DNA from: an uncultured Candidatus Saccharibacteria bacterium
GTDB lineage: Bacteria; Patescibacteriota; Minisyncoccia; Phycocordibacterales; JAKAEA01
NCBI GenBank assembly: GCA_964532205.1
Contig: CAZHGQ010000005.1
Location: 1,520-65,519, forward strand
Direction: 5' to 3'
Length of the DNA stretch: 64,000 nt
Positions 7,370 to 16,778 of this stretch are shown here, in pieces. The notes beneath the pieces are model-generated. The model ran no database searches. It was not told where the DNA came from and saw only the letters and a list, made by a program, of their open reading frames with translations. Within the stretch, counting starts at the first letter, position 1; each line of letters begins with the position of its first letter. The position numbers and the translations under genes were made by a program.

Positions 7370-10135
7370 ATGGAGCACGTGGCTTCGCATGCTGAACATT
7401 CTTTTACCAACCCTGATGAGGAGTTGGCCTATTTACGTGAACAGGTTGCTGTCCGGGAGCGCGAATTAGCCGCTCGTGGTGCGGAGGTTGTGAAGGATCA
7501 TGTCGTCTCTGACACGATTAAGGATTATAGTTATCGGCCAACAGGCAAAACACTTGATGCTGGCTTTGCTGAAAAGAAAACCGTTCTGGCTGAATTGGCT
7601 TTGAACTTGGCACCTGAGGCCCACGACACAAAAATTTCTGAACTAGCAGCAATGCTCACGGAAAAGGGTTTTAAAAATACCTTGGCAGTAGTGGAGGCCA
7701 TGAAAGATCCACATGTAGCCGATGACTTCCATCGTTTTTTGGTGCAGTTTGTGAAGAAGGGTCATGAAGTGCCGGGTCTGCCAATGAAGTCGGAAGTCTT
7801 TAGTGAACTTTCCATGACGCTGTATGAAGTTTCATTGCCGGCTGGTTCTGAGGCCGATAAACAAAAAGGTTTAAAGGAATTGGTTTCGGCCATGGAGCAG
7901 TTTTATGCCGGTATGTTGTCTTTGGGATCAGATAAGAGCGGTCGTTACTTTAGCTTGGAGATTGCCAACCCAAATCATAGCTCAGAATTTATCATTTATG
8001 TTTCCGTACCTGATGAGAAAAAAGATTTGTTCGAGAAGCAAATTCTTTCACTCTTTAGTAATGCCAAGATCAAAGAAGTTCCCGATGACTACAATATTTT
8101 TCATGAGGGTGGCACAACTGTTGGGGCGGTAGCACACTTGAAGAAACATCCGATTTTTCCAGTTAAAACATATGAGCAATTTGATCACGATCCATTTAAT
8201 GTTTTGGTCAATACATTTTCTAAGATCAAAAAAGATGGTGAGGGTGCAGCCGTGCAAGTGGTCTTTAGACCAAGTCAGCATGATTATTTAGACGAGTACA
8301 AAGTTAGTCTCAAAAAGATAAAGGAAGGGGAGTCGGTCGGTAAAGCCTTGCCAAAAACATTGACCAAAGAAATTCTTTCAAGCTTCGGTGAGTTTATTGT
8401 TGGCGTTAAAAAGAAAAAAGACGAAGAGAAAGACAAACCAAAGGTTATTGATGAAGCGGTCGTTAAGAATATTGAACATAAGATTTCGTCTCAGATTGCT
8501 GAGGTCAATATCCGTATTTTGGCTTCGGCGCCGGATGCTGGCGATGCTAACCGTATTCTCGACGACATTGCCTCAAGCTTCCATCAATTTGAAAACACAT
8601 CTGGCAATGGCATTGAATTCAAGCGACTTTCGGGTAGCAAGCTGGCAGCACTTGATCACGATTTTTCATATCGAGCCTTTACTAAAAGTGATTTGCTACC
8701 ATTATCATTTAAAGAATTAACCACCATCTTCCATTTTCCTGGCGCGACGGTAACGTCGTCACCTCAGCTCAAGCAGGCCAAGGCGGGTTCAGCTGCAGCG
8801 CCGCTCGATCTACCACAAGAGGGCACACTGCTTGGCGTGAACCGATTCCGCAACATTGAGACTAAAGTCTTTATGACCAAAGAAGATCGCTTGCGCCACT
8901 TCTACACAATAGGTCAGACCGGTACAGGTAAATCGACGCTGCTCAAAAATATGATCGCTCAGGACATCCTGCAGGGTGAGGGTGTATGCATGATCGATCC
9001 GCACGGCGTCGATATCTTGGATATTTTGGCTATGATCCCGAAAGAGCGTTACGAAGATGTGATTTACTTTGATCCGAGTTATACTGCCCGACCAATGGGT
9101 CTTAATATGCTCGAATATGATGCTCGCTATCCGGAGCAGAAGACATTCGTGGTTAACGAAATGCTCTCAATTTTCAATAAGTTGTTTGATATGAAGGTGG
9201 CTGGAGGGCCGATGTTTGAACAATATTTCCGAAATGCTGTGTTGCTGGCGATTGATGATCCGAATGATGGCGCGACATTGCTCGATATTTCCAAGATTTT
9301 GGCTAATAAGCCGTACCGCGAGCAGAAGTTGGCTAAATGTACCAATCCGATCGTGGTGCAGTTTTGGAAAGAAGTGGCCGACAAAGCCGGTGGTGAAGCG
9401 TCATTAGCCAACATCGTGCCGTACATCACCTCAAAGTTCGATGTCTTTTTGTCGAACGATATTATGCGACCAATTATTGCTCAGGAAAAATCCTCATTCA
9501 ATTTCCGCGAAGTCATGGATAATAAAAAGATTTTGCTGGTCAATTTGGCCAAGGGTCGTCTCGGAGATCTCAATGCCAACCTGATTGGTCTGATTTTGGT
9601 GGGTAAAATTTTGATGGCCGCGCTTTCGCGTGCTGACTCGATCGGCCAGGATTTACCACCGTTCTATTTGTATATTGATGAGTTCCAGAATGTCACTACA
9701 GATTCAATTGCCACAATTCTTTCCGAAGCACGTAAGTATAAATTGTCACTCAATGTGGCTCACCAATTTATCGCTCAGCTTGAAGAAAAGATTCGCGATG
9801 CGGTGTTTGGAAACGTAGGTTCATTGGCAGTCTTTAGGGTAGGGGCCGATGATGCTGAATACTTGGAAAAACAATTTTCACCTGTCTTTACTGCCAATGA
9901 CATAATTAATATTGAAAATCGTAATGCCTATGTGAAGATGCTCGTGCATGGGCGGCCGGCGGTGCCATTTAATATTGAGACATTGCCACCGCCGGCCGGC
10001 AAGAAAGAACACCTCGAGAAACTCAAAGAACTTTCATATTTAAAATTTGGTAAAGCGCGTTCACAGATTGAGTCGGTGATACATTCTAAATACAAAAAAG
10101 AGCCGCCAGTTGCTCCATTGACAAATACTAAATAA
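7370..10135 (+). CDS. VirD4/TraD-like type IV secretion coupling-type ATPase (HerA/DUF87-related)
   Basis: DRLRHFYTIGQTGTGKS Walker A, IDPHG, LYIDEFQN Walker B, SEARKY, AHQFIAQL, GNVGS. Confidence 0.88.
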   Translation: MEHVASHAEHSFTNPDEELAYLREQVAVRERELAARGAEVVKDHVVSDTIKDYSYRPTGKTLDAGFAEKKTVLAELALNLAPEAHDTKISELAAMLTEKGFKNTLAVVEAMKDPHVADDFHRFLVQFVKKGHEVPGLPMKSEVFSELSMTLYEVSLPAGSEADKQKGLKELVSAMEQFYAGMLSLGSDKSGRYFSLEIANPNHSSEFIIYVSVPDEKKDLFEKQILSLFSNAKIKEVPDDYNIFHEGGTTVGAVAHLKKHPIFPVKTYEQFDHDPFNVLVNTFSKIKKDGEGAAVQVVFRPSQHDYLDEYKVSLKKIKEGESVGKALPKTLTKEILSSFGEFIVGVKKKKDEEKDKPKVIDEAVVKNIEHKISSQIAEVNIRILASAPDAGDANRILDDIASSFHQFENTSGNGIEFKRLSGSKLAALDHDFSYRAFTKSDLLPLSFKELTTIFHFPGATVTSSPQLKQAKAGSAAAPLDLPQEGTLLGVNRFRNIETKVFMTKEDRLRHFYTIGQTGTGKSTLLKNMIAQDILQGEGVCMIDPHGVDILDILAMIPKERYEDVIYFDPSYTARPMGLNMLEYDARYPEQKTFVVNEMLSIFNKLFDMKVAGGPMFEQYFRNAVLLAIDDPNDGATLLDISKILANKPYREQKLAKCTNPIVVQFWKEVADKAGGEASLANIVPYITSKFDVFLSNDIMRPIIAQEKSSFNFREVMDNKKILLVNLAKGRLGDLNANLIGLILVGKILMAALSRADSIGQDLPPFYLYIDEFQNVTTDSIATILSEARKYKLSLNVAHQFIAQLEEKIRDAVFGNVGSLAVFRVGADDAEYLEKQFSPVFTANDIINIENRNAYVKMLVHGRPAVPFNIETLPPPAGKKEHLEKLKELSYLKFGKARSQIESVIHSKYKKEPPVAPLTNTK

Positions 10136-10145
10136 GTGCTATAAT
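10118..10145 (+). promoter_or_regulatory. Consensus sigma70 promoter for the beta-barrel gene
   Basis: TTGACA-16 nt-TATAAT with extended -10 TG. Confidence 0.7.
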
Positions 10146-10174
10146 ACTAGTGTTCTTTACAGAAAGGAGCAGAC

Positions 10175-10942
10175 GTGAAAAATCTGCTTGTTTGCTTGAT
10201 TTGTACCCTGCTTTGCAGCCAGGTATTGGCCGAGCAGAATGGAAACTTCCTGCTGGACTGCACGAAAACAAAGTCGGTCAGCGTTTCCACGGTGTACCGA
10301 TCCCAATATGTGCTTTCAAGTGGGGTTGTTTGCAAAGATGAAGGCGTCGTGCAAGCCGACCTCTTTGTTCAAATGAAGTCTGGTTTGACACTTGATTTGT
10401 GGGCTTCAGCGCCCATCGATGTCTCAGACTTCAACAAGGACTTCGGCACTGAACTCGACGGCACTGTTGGGTATACCAACAAGTTCGGCGACTATTGCAC
10501 CAGCTTTGGTCTGTCATTTTATGATATGAAAAAGGTTGGTACATTGTCCGGATCGGATTTGTTCTGCGCATACCTGGAAGTCTCCCGGGATTTCCTGGTA
10601 CGGCCGGATATCACCATCACGCCTTATCTGCGGTTGGAACTTGATTTCACCACAGATGGCACAGTCGGCAGCGATTTGTTGCCACAACTCGGTTCACGAG
10701 TGGCGTGGCACGCAAATGATCGTTTGACTGTGGTTGGCAAAGGCTATCTTCTCTATGATCCAGGTATGTTCGGTGCTGACACCGCGCTTATCGGGGGTGT
10801 TGAGGGGAAGCTGTGCTGGAAGCTCGCTGAACACGTATCGCTCGAGCTACCGTATCTGCGGGTTGTCGCGCCCTTGACTGATGTCTCAGACAATCGGGAT
10901 ACCGAGTTTGTCTGGGGCATAGGACTAACGTTTAGTTTCTAG
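10175..10942 (+). CDS. Putative outer-membrane beta-barrel protein (TorF/TIGR02001-like porin)
   Basis: Signal peptide, alternating hydrophobic beta-strands, C-terminal FVWGIGLTFSF; SD AAAGGAG before GTG. Confidence 0.72.
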   Translation: MKNLLVCLICTLLCSQVLAEQNGNFLLDCTKTKSVSVSTVYRSQYVLSSGVVCKDEGVVQADLFVQMKSGLTLDLWASAPIDVSDFNKDFGTELDGTVGYTNKFGDYCTSFGLSFYDMKKVGTLSGSDLFCAYLEVSRDFLVRPDITITPYLRLELDFTTDGTVGSDLLPQLGSRVAWHANDRLTVVGKGYLLYDPGMFGADTALIGGVEGKLCWKLAEHVSLELPYLRVVAPLTDVSDNRDTEFVWGIGLTFSF

Positions 10943-10952
10943 ATCTTTTTAC

Positions 10953-10986
10953 GAAGAGCGAATCGCTGTGCGATTCGCTCTTTTTT
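10953..10986 (+). terminator. Intrinsic terminator
   Basis: GAAGAGCGAATCGC-TGT-GCGATTCGCTCTTTTTT. Confidence 0.8.
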
Positions 10987-11023
10987 GTTTGCCAAAAATT
11001 TCTTGAAGGAGTACAGTGTGCTC

Positions 11024-11632
11024 ATGAAAACTCATGCAAAGACGGAACGTACACTCGTTATTATTAAACCCGACGGCATTCAGCGCTCGCTGATTGGCGA
11101 AATTATTAAGCGGTACGAACGGGCCGGTCTTAAATTGGCAGCCATGAAAATGGTGGTGCCAACCGGCGCTCAAGTGGTCAAACACTACACACTCGACCCA
11201 CAATGGCGTCGGGTAACAGGTGAGAAGACCATTAAAGGTTATTTGGATAAAGGTTTGACTCCACCAGTCAAAGATCCGCTTGAAGTTACGCGCATTTTAT
11301 TGGAAAAACTTCAAAGATATATGACTTCCGGTCCGGTCTTGGTCATGATTTGGCAGGGTGCCCATGCAGTTAAGATTGTTCGGAAGCTCACAGGTGGTAC
11401 GGAGCCGCTGATGAGCGATGTTGGTACGATCCGCGGCGACTACGTGCTCGATTCATATGAAATGTCAGATAGCGACGGTCGCTCAATTCGAAATTTGGTC
11501 CATGCTTCTGGCTCGGTCAAGGAAGCTGAGCAGGAAATCAAACACTGGTTCAAAAAAGGTGAAATTTACAACTACAGACTTGTTCAAGAACAGATTTTGT
11601 ACGATGTAAATATAGACGGCATTTTTGAGTAA
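11024..11632 (+). CDS. ndk: Nucleoside diphosphate kinase
   Basis: ERTLVIIKPDG, GTIRGDY, RNLVHASGS. Confidence 0.95.
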   Translation: MKTHAKTERTLVIIKPDGIQRSLIGEIIKRYERAGLKLAAMKMVVPTGAQVVKHYTLDPQWRRVTGEKTIKGYLDKGLTPPVKDPLEVTRILLEKLQRYMTSGPVLVMIWQGAHAVKIVRKLTGGTEPLMSDVGTIRGDYVLDSYEMSDSDGRSIRNLVHASGSVKEAEQEIKHWFKKGEIYNYRLVQEQILYDVNIDGIFE

Positions 11633-11642
11633 CTTATAATGA

Positions 11643-11802
11643 TAGTAGGTCTCCTGTAATATTCCTTTAGATTAAAGGTATATTCAGGGAGTTCAACATC
11701 GAACGATTCCAATGCGAAGCGACGCACGTCAATTTACAGACGAATTGTTTCTGAGGGCACCCACCTAGCTTAAAACTAGGGAGAATATTCGGGGGACCAC
11801 TA
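11643..11802 (+). ncRNA. ssrS: Probable 6S RNA
   Basis: Follows TATAAT; 5' GGTCTCCTGTAATATTC pairs with 3' GAATATTCGGGGGACC to close a rod; internal GGCACCCACC motif; terminator at 11806-11827. Confidence 0.62.
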
Positions 11803-11842
11803 AAGAACAGCCATCAGGCTGTTTTTTAGTTATAATAAATGT

Positions 11843-12226
11843 ATGAACGTCCGAACATCACTGTATGCTACACTCTTTTTGCTACTCATCGTGGCAATTT
11901 TGCATATCAGCGGTATTCGATTTTATTTTTATTGGCGTATTGGCTGGTATGATAAAGTCGTTCATGTGTTAGCTGGAGCAGCCGTAGTATTTTTTATGTA
12001 CTATGTTATTCGGTCGCTCGATATTTTTCCTCGCTCATATACGCTAGTATTGGCAATGATTGCGGCAATATTGATCGGTATTGGCTGGGAAATTTTCGAA
12101 ATCCAGAGCGGCTACACATCAGTACACAAGCTTGGTTATGCGTTTAGCACAATGGCTGATTTGTTATCTGATGTGATCGGTGGCACGGTGGCAGTTTTAT
12201 ACATTTTACAAAAACAACTTTCATGA
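11843..12226 (+). CDS. Membrane protein (DUF2238/VanZ-like)
   Basis: About 4 TM segments; YDKVVH, GWEIFE, MADLLSD motifs. Confidence 0.65.
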   Translation: MNVRTSLYATLFLLLIVAILHISGIRFYFYWRIGWYDKVVHVLAGAAVVFFMYYVIRSLDIFPRSYTLVLAMIAAILIGIGWEIFEIQSGYTSVHKLGYAFSTMADLLSDVIGGTVAVLYILQKQLS

Positions 12227-13584
12227 AAGGTACCTTAACATTTGCTGGGGGAACGGGCACTGTGACTGGTGCTAATTTTTTGCTCGAAGTTCTCGATAAA
12301 AAGATTTTGATTGATTGTGGTATGGAGCAAGGCTCTGATTTTGCTGATGCCTCAAACCGCGAGGCGTTTCCGTATGAACCGAGTGAGATAGACATGCTGC
12401 TTGTGACTCATGCTCACATCGACCATATCGGCCGGATCCCAAAGCTTGTTAAAGAAGGTTTTAAGGGTGTGATTTACTCAAGTCCAGCCACATATGATTT
12501 ATCTAAATTGATGTTGCCTGACGCTGCGCGCTTACTCGAAGATGATGCACGACGCAAAGGGGTATTGCCGCTGTATGAACAAGCTGATGTCGCACCAGTA
12601 TTTACCAATTGGAAAACTATAAACTACTACGAAAATTTTGAATTGGCACCGGGCATTTCAGTATATCTGAAAGACTCAGGTCATATTCTAGGTGCGGTGA
12701 TGTATGAAATTACTATCAATGGCAGCAAGATTGTTTTCACAGGTGATTTGGGTAATTCGCCATCATTGTTTTTGCGTGATACCGATAAAATCACCGATGC
12801 CAAGTATATGGTTATGGAATCTGTCTATGGTGATCGTAACCATGAGTCAAAAGAGGTGCGTCAACAAAAGCTATCTGATGCTATTTTGGATACTATCAAG
12901 CGCAATCGCACGTTGATTATCCCAGCCTTTTCACTTGAGCGAACCCAGGATATTTTGTTTGAAATCAATGAATTGGTAGAGCGACAGCATATGCCGCATG
13001 TGCGGGTATTTATCGATTCGCCACTCGCGACGAACGTGACCGAAGTCTACCGACGATACACAAAAGATTTCAACGACCGTGCGCACCAACTCATCGCGAG
13101 CGGCGACGACATCTTCGATTTCAAAAAACTTAAATTCACCATGCAAAAGCATGAGTCCGATCGTATTGATCACCTCGATAATCCAAAAATTATTATGGCT
13201 GGCTCAGGCATGTCCAACGGTGGTCGTATTGTGAAGCATGAAAAATATTTTTTGCCCGATCCAAATGCTACATTGCTCTTGGTGGGTTACCAGTCTCTCG
13301 GTACACTGGGCCGACAGATTCAAGATGGCGCCAAGACCGTTATGATTGAGGGGGAGAAGGTCAAAATCAATGCCGAAGTTCGTACGATTTTGGGCTACTC
13401 GTCACATAAAGACTCTGAACACTTACTTGAATTTGCTGCCGACACCGCTGAATCAATCAAAACAATTTTCGTGGCCATGGGTGAACCAAAATCTGGATTG
13501 TTTCTGGTGCAACGACTCCGTGACTACTTAGGAGTTAATGCCACGTTTCCAAAGAAAGGGGATACAATCGAACTCGAGTTTTAA
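12223..13584 (+). CDS. MBL-fold beta-CASP ribonuclease
   Basis: THAHIDHIG, GHILG, FTGDLG, MESVYG, SGMSNGG, SSHKD. Confidence 0.93.
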   Translation: MKGTLTFAGGTGTVTGANFLLEVLDKKILIDCGMEQGSDFADASNREAFPYEPSEIDMLLVTHAHIDHIGRIPKLVKEGFKGVIYSSPATYDLSKLMLPDAARLLEDDARRKGVLPLYEQADVAPVFTNWKTINYYENFELAPGISVYLKDSGHILGAVMYEITINGSKIVFTGDLGNSPSLFLRDTDKITDAKYMVMESVYGDRNHESKEVRQQKLSDAILDTIKRNRTLIIPAFSLERTQDILFEINELVERQHMPHVRVFIDSPLATNVTEVYRRYTKDFNDRAHQLIASGDDIFDFKKLKFTMQKHESDRIDHLDNPKIIMAGSGMSNGGRIVKHEKYFLPDPNATLLLVGYQSLGTLGRQIQDGAKTVMIEGEKVKINAEVRTILGYSSHKDSEHLLEFAADTAESIKTIFVAMGEPKSGLFLVQRLRDYLGVNATFPKKGDTIELEF

Positions 13585-13611
13585 AATAAAAAAACCGCCG
13601 AAGCGGTTTTT

Positions 13612-13956
13612 TTATTTTGCTGAAGCAATGATTCGCTTGAAGCTTTCTGGGTTCTGAGCGGCGATCTGAGAGAGAACTTTACGATCGAGTGTGCTCTTTA
13701 CCTTTTTCAAATTACCAATGAATTTGCTGTATGAAACACCTTCTTTTTCCAAAGCGGCATTGATGCGAACATTCCAAACTCGGCGAGCCTCACCCTTCTT
13801 GTCGCGTCGGTGTGCGAAGGCGTAAGTACCGGCGTGTGAGATGGCTTCGTAAGCCTGTCGTTCCTTGGTACCACGACCAAAACGGTAGCCCTTAACCATT
13901 TTAAGGACATTGCGTCGTGTTTTTAATGCATTAACTCCTTTTTTTACTCGTGCCAT
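13612..13956 (-). CDS. rplT: 50S ribosomal protein L20
   Basis: MARVKKG, WNVRINAA, YSKFI, LDRKVL. Confidence 0.97.
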   Translation of the reverse strand: MARVKKGVNALKTRRNVLKMVKGYRFGRGTKERQAYEAISHAGTYAFAHRRDKKGEARRVWNVRINAALEKEGVSYSKFIGNLKKVKSTLDRKVLSQIAAQNPESFKRIIASAK

Positions 13957-13967
13957 ATTATGTTTAA

Positions 13968-14159
13968 TTAAATTGAACTGGTTGCCAAGAATCGAGACTT
14001 AGCCTTGTTTTTCATGATCATGATCATGGTGCGATTGCGCTTCAACTGTGAACGACCACCTTCCTTGGCGTTGAAGTGATTTTGGCCTGCTTTACGCATA
14101 ACCAACTTTCCATTTTTAGTGACTTTGAGTCGCTTTGTGTATGATTTGTTTGTTTTCAT
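13968..14159 (-). CDS. rpmI: 50S ribosomal protein L35
   Basis: MKTNKSYTKRLKVTKNGK; between infC and rplT. Confidence 0.92.
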   Translation of the reverse strand: MKTNKSYTKRLKVTKNGKLVMRKAGQNHFNAKEGGRSQLKRNRTMIMIMKNKAKSRFLATSSI

Positions 14160-14163
14160 TGTT

Positions 14164-14676
14164 TTAGGCTTTCTCGATTACTACGGTGAGGCCTTTCGGA
14201 CTCTTTTTAGGAGAATCGGCAATTCGATACTCTTCGCTGATGAGGTGGAGGATTCGCTCCATGCGCTCTTTTAAGAAGTTGAAGTCCATGTACTTTGATC
14301 GGCCGGTCAAGAATAATTCAATCTTGATGCGATGACCTTCTTTGAGCCATTCTGAAGCCTTTTTAGCTTTGAGGTTCAAATCGTGGTCACCAGTACCAAT
14401 TTTCACCTGAACGTTCTTGGTTTCGGTGGTCTTGGACTTGGCTTTGGCCGCCTTCAATTTCTTATTTTCAGTGTACTGAAATTTACCATAATCCATCAGT
14501 TTTGCAATGGGCGGAACGGCATTGGGTGAGATCTCAATGAGGTCAACACCGGCCGCATGAGCCTGCTGCAAGGCTTCGGTAAGGCTTAAAATACCAAGAT
14601 TTTCGCCATTTTCACCGATAACTCGCAATTCGCGAGCCTGGATCTGCTGATTTATACGTGTACGTTGAGTATTCAG
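14164..14676 (-). CDS. infC: Translation initiation factor IF-3 (non-AUG start, CTG 14676 or ATC 14688)
   Basis: RINQQIQARELRVI, DLIEISPNAVPPIAKLMDYGKF; no ATG/GTG/TTG between the upstream in-frame TAG and the conserved RIN motif. Confidence 0.93.
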   Translation of the reverse strand: MNTQRTRINQQIQARELRVIGENGENLGILSLTEALQQAHAAGVDLIEISPNAVPPIAKLMDYGKFQYTENKKLKAAKAKSKTTETKNVQVKIGTGDHDLNLKAKKASEWLKEGHRIKIELFLTGRSKYMDFNFLKERMERILHLISEEYRIADSPKKSPKGLTVVIEKA

Positions 14677-14753
14677 AGTATGCGTGATTAATTGATAATA
14701 TGGCTAGAAATATAGCACATTTTAGAATAGCTGGCAATAGAGAAACGAGGGAA

Positions 14754-16460
14754 TTATGAGCCGAATTTAATAGGCAGTTTATTGAGGACTTCAGGGCTAA
14801 GTAGAGCGGTCAGGAGCGTGGTGACAATGAGCCAAGCTGAAAGAAGGATAACAAAGCCAATGAGAACCATTTTGAACACATACTTGGCTCGAGTGGTTTT
14901 TGCAACATCACCAGCCGAGGTGAGATAGAGCCAGCCCGCGTAGGCAAATGATACTGCTGCTAGGGGAGCGGCGATAATGAAGAAGGCGTTGATAACATTT
15001 TTAACCAATCTAATGAAGGCATTGAAATCACAATCTGAAGCACCGTTACATGGAATTAGGCCACCGGCACCATGAGGGGTGATTGTTGGAGTTGGAGGTT
15101 GAGTGTAGCCACCCGATGAACCAGATGGCGTGCCTGTATACTGGTCGATAAAATCTTCTTTACACTGAGTGACATTTGTTGAGTCCTTACAATTTTCGGT
15201 TGCAATTACATCAACACAACTTGAAGGGTCGCTAGCATCAATACACATCATTAGAGGACCAGTATATTCACCTTGATTGATATCTGTGCGGTCGGTGCCC
15301 GTCGCATTGCTGTTGTCATCGCCGATGCCGCCACCTGTATAATCACCAATATCAATATCGCCGCCGCTACCACCGTCGTCGGTTGGATTGCCACCTCCAC
15401 CAGAATTACCACCAGTACCACCAGTCGAACCACCAGAATTACCACCATCGCCGCTGACACCACCACCCGCACCACCAGTAATTTTTTTGTATGTTGAATA
15501 GAAGGGTTCGTTAGCACTTGAGCCATCAGCTGTTCGTAAACCTGCTGGGCCGGCCATTGAATCTGGTCGGTATTTGCTTGGGTAATACCAAATACCCTGG
15601 ACGTAATTTTTTATACCATTATAGGCAATCGGCAATTGAGCCGCCCACTTTGCTTTATCGAAACTAAAATCGGTTTTATCTTTTCGATAGTGAACATTCC
15701 ACTCAGTCAGGAACATTGGTTTTGTGGAGCCAATGTTAGCGCGAGCTTGCTTGATGCGACTAATTTGTTGTTCGGCTGAATTTTCACCTGAGCCACCATA
15801 CGGGTGGAAACCGATAATATCAGCATATGAAGTTAGACCAGGTGTTTTCAAAGCATTGGCATCCCAAGAAACAGAACCACTAATAGTGATTTCACCAAGG
15901 GGGTGGAGGGCATCCCAGGCACCTTTTTGTAGAATATCAACATACTGTTTCATGGAGCCGCTCCAGTATGTACAGAGATTCGGTTCGTTGCCGATTTCCC
16001 AATAGTCAACTGCGCCATTTGCAGCTGCCGCAGCCTTTTTGAAATAATTATAGACTTGGTTGTAATTTGGGATTGGTACGGATTTTACACAACTACCATT
16101 AACTTTTTTGTTTTCAGTTGGTGTGAATACGACAACTGTTTTAATGCCTTCTGCCTGGAGTTTGCGCATATTACTGAATTCCGAAGAGGAAGGGGGATTA
16201 TCCCAATCACGAACCTCTTTCCAAATACGAGCACTGGTTAGGTTGAGACCTTTCAAAAACGAAGTGCTTATTGTTTCACTGGCCGTGACACCAAAAATGA
16301 AACCACCGGGTACCAAGGCAGACGCGGCAGTCTGGTTTATTGATTGCGATTTGGCGGTTTGTTGAAGATTTGAATTATTAAAATATAAAAAAAGTGTTGA
16401 GGCGAAGGTGATAACAACGAGAAAACCACCTAATGCATTCGCCAGAGAATGTTTATTCAT
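14754..16460 (-). CDS. Clan GH-A glycoside hydrolase fused to a C-terminal VirB2/TrbC-like pilin domain
   Basis: WEIGNEPN, GFHPY, FLTEWN; Gly-rich linker; GLIPC..C..YAGWLYLTSAGD..RAK..IGFVILLSAWLIV. Confidence 0.8.
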   Translation of the reverse strand: MNKHSLANALGGFLVVITFASTLFLYFNNSNLQQTAKSQSINQTAASALVPGGFIFGVTASETISTSFLKGLNLTSARIWKEVRDWDNPPSSSEFSNMRKLQAEGIKTVVVFTPTENKKVNGSCVKSVPIPNYNQVYNYFKKAAAAANGAVDYWEIGNEPNLCTYWSGSMKQYVDILQKGAWDALHPLGEITISGSVSWDANALKTPGLTSYADIIGFHPYGGSGENSAEQQISRIKQARANIGSTKPMFLTEWNVHYRKDKTDFSFDKAKWAAQLPIAYNGIKNYVQGIWYYPSKYRPDSMAGPAGLRTADGSSANEPFYSTYKKITGGAGGGVSGDGGNSGGSTGGTGGNSGGGGNPTDDGGSGGDIDIGDYTGGGIGDDNSNATGTDRTDINQGEYTGPLMMCIDASDPSSCVDVIATENCKDSTNVTQCKEDFIDQYTGTPSGSSGGYTQPPTPTITPHGAGGLIPCNGASDCDFNAFIRLVKNVINAFFIIAAPLAAVSFAYAGWLYLTSAGDVAKTTRAKYVFKMVLIGFVILLSAWLIVTTLLTALLSPEVLNKLPIKFGS

Positions 16461-16499
16461 GTGTACAGTATATCACTGGGTGTGGTGTATAATATCCAC

Positions 16500-16778
16500 A
16501 TGTCTGTTGAATTTGATGAGAATGACGGATCAGCTCAATTATCCACTGATCCATTACGTCAACCTAAACCCAGTTTTCTAATTCGTTTAGTTCTGAAATT
16601 TAGAATAGCCAAGAACGAATATGCTGCCAGAGCAATTCTGTTGATAACCGCCCTTATTTTTTTCGTTGGTTCCATAGTATTATTTGCAGTAAGTTCAATT
16701 AAGCCGCGAGTTATAGTGTTAGAACGTTCACAAGATCCAAACGCTTATAAAATTAGCCCAGACTCATTTACAAAATAA
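16500..16778 (+). CDS. Small single-TM hypothetical protein
   Basis: TATAAT 6 nt before ATG; one hydrophobic helix; stop overlaps next start. Confidence 0.7.
   Translation: MSVEFDENDGSAQLSTDPLRQPKPSFLIRLVLKFRIAKNEYAARAILLITALIFFVGSIVLFAVSSIKPRVIVLERSQDPNAYKISPDSFTK

Noticed and set aside
15300-15480. ACC/GCC-rich low-complexity tract
   Set aside because: Explained by the Gly-rich linker of the GH-pilin protein
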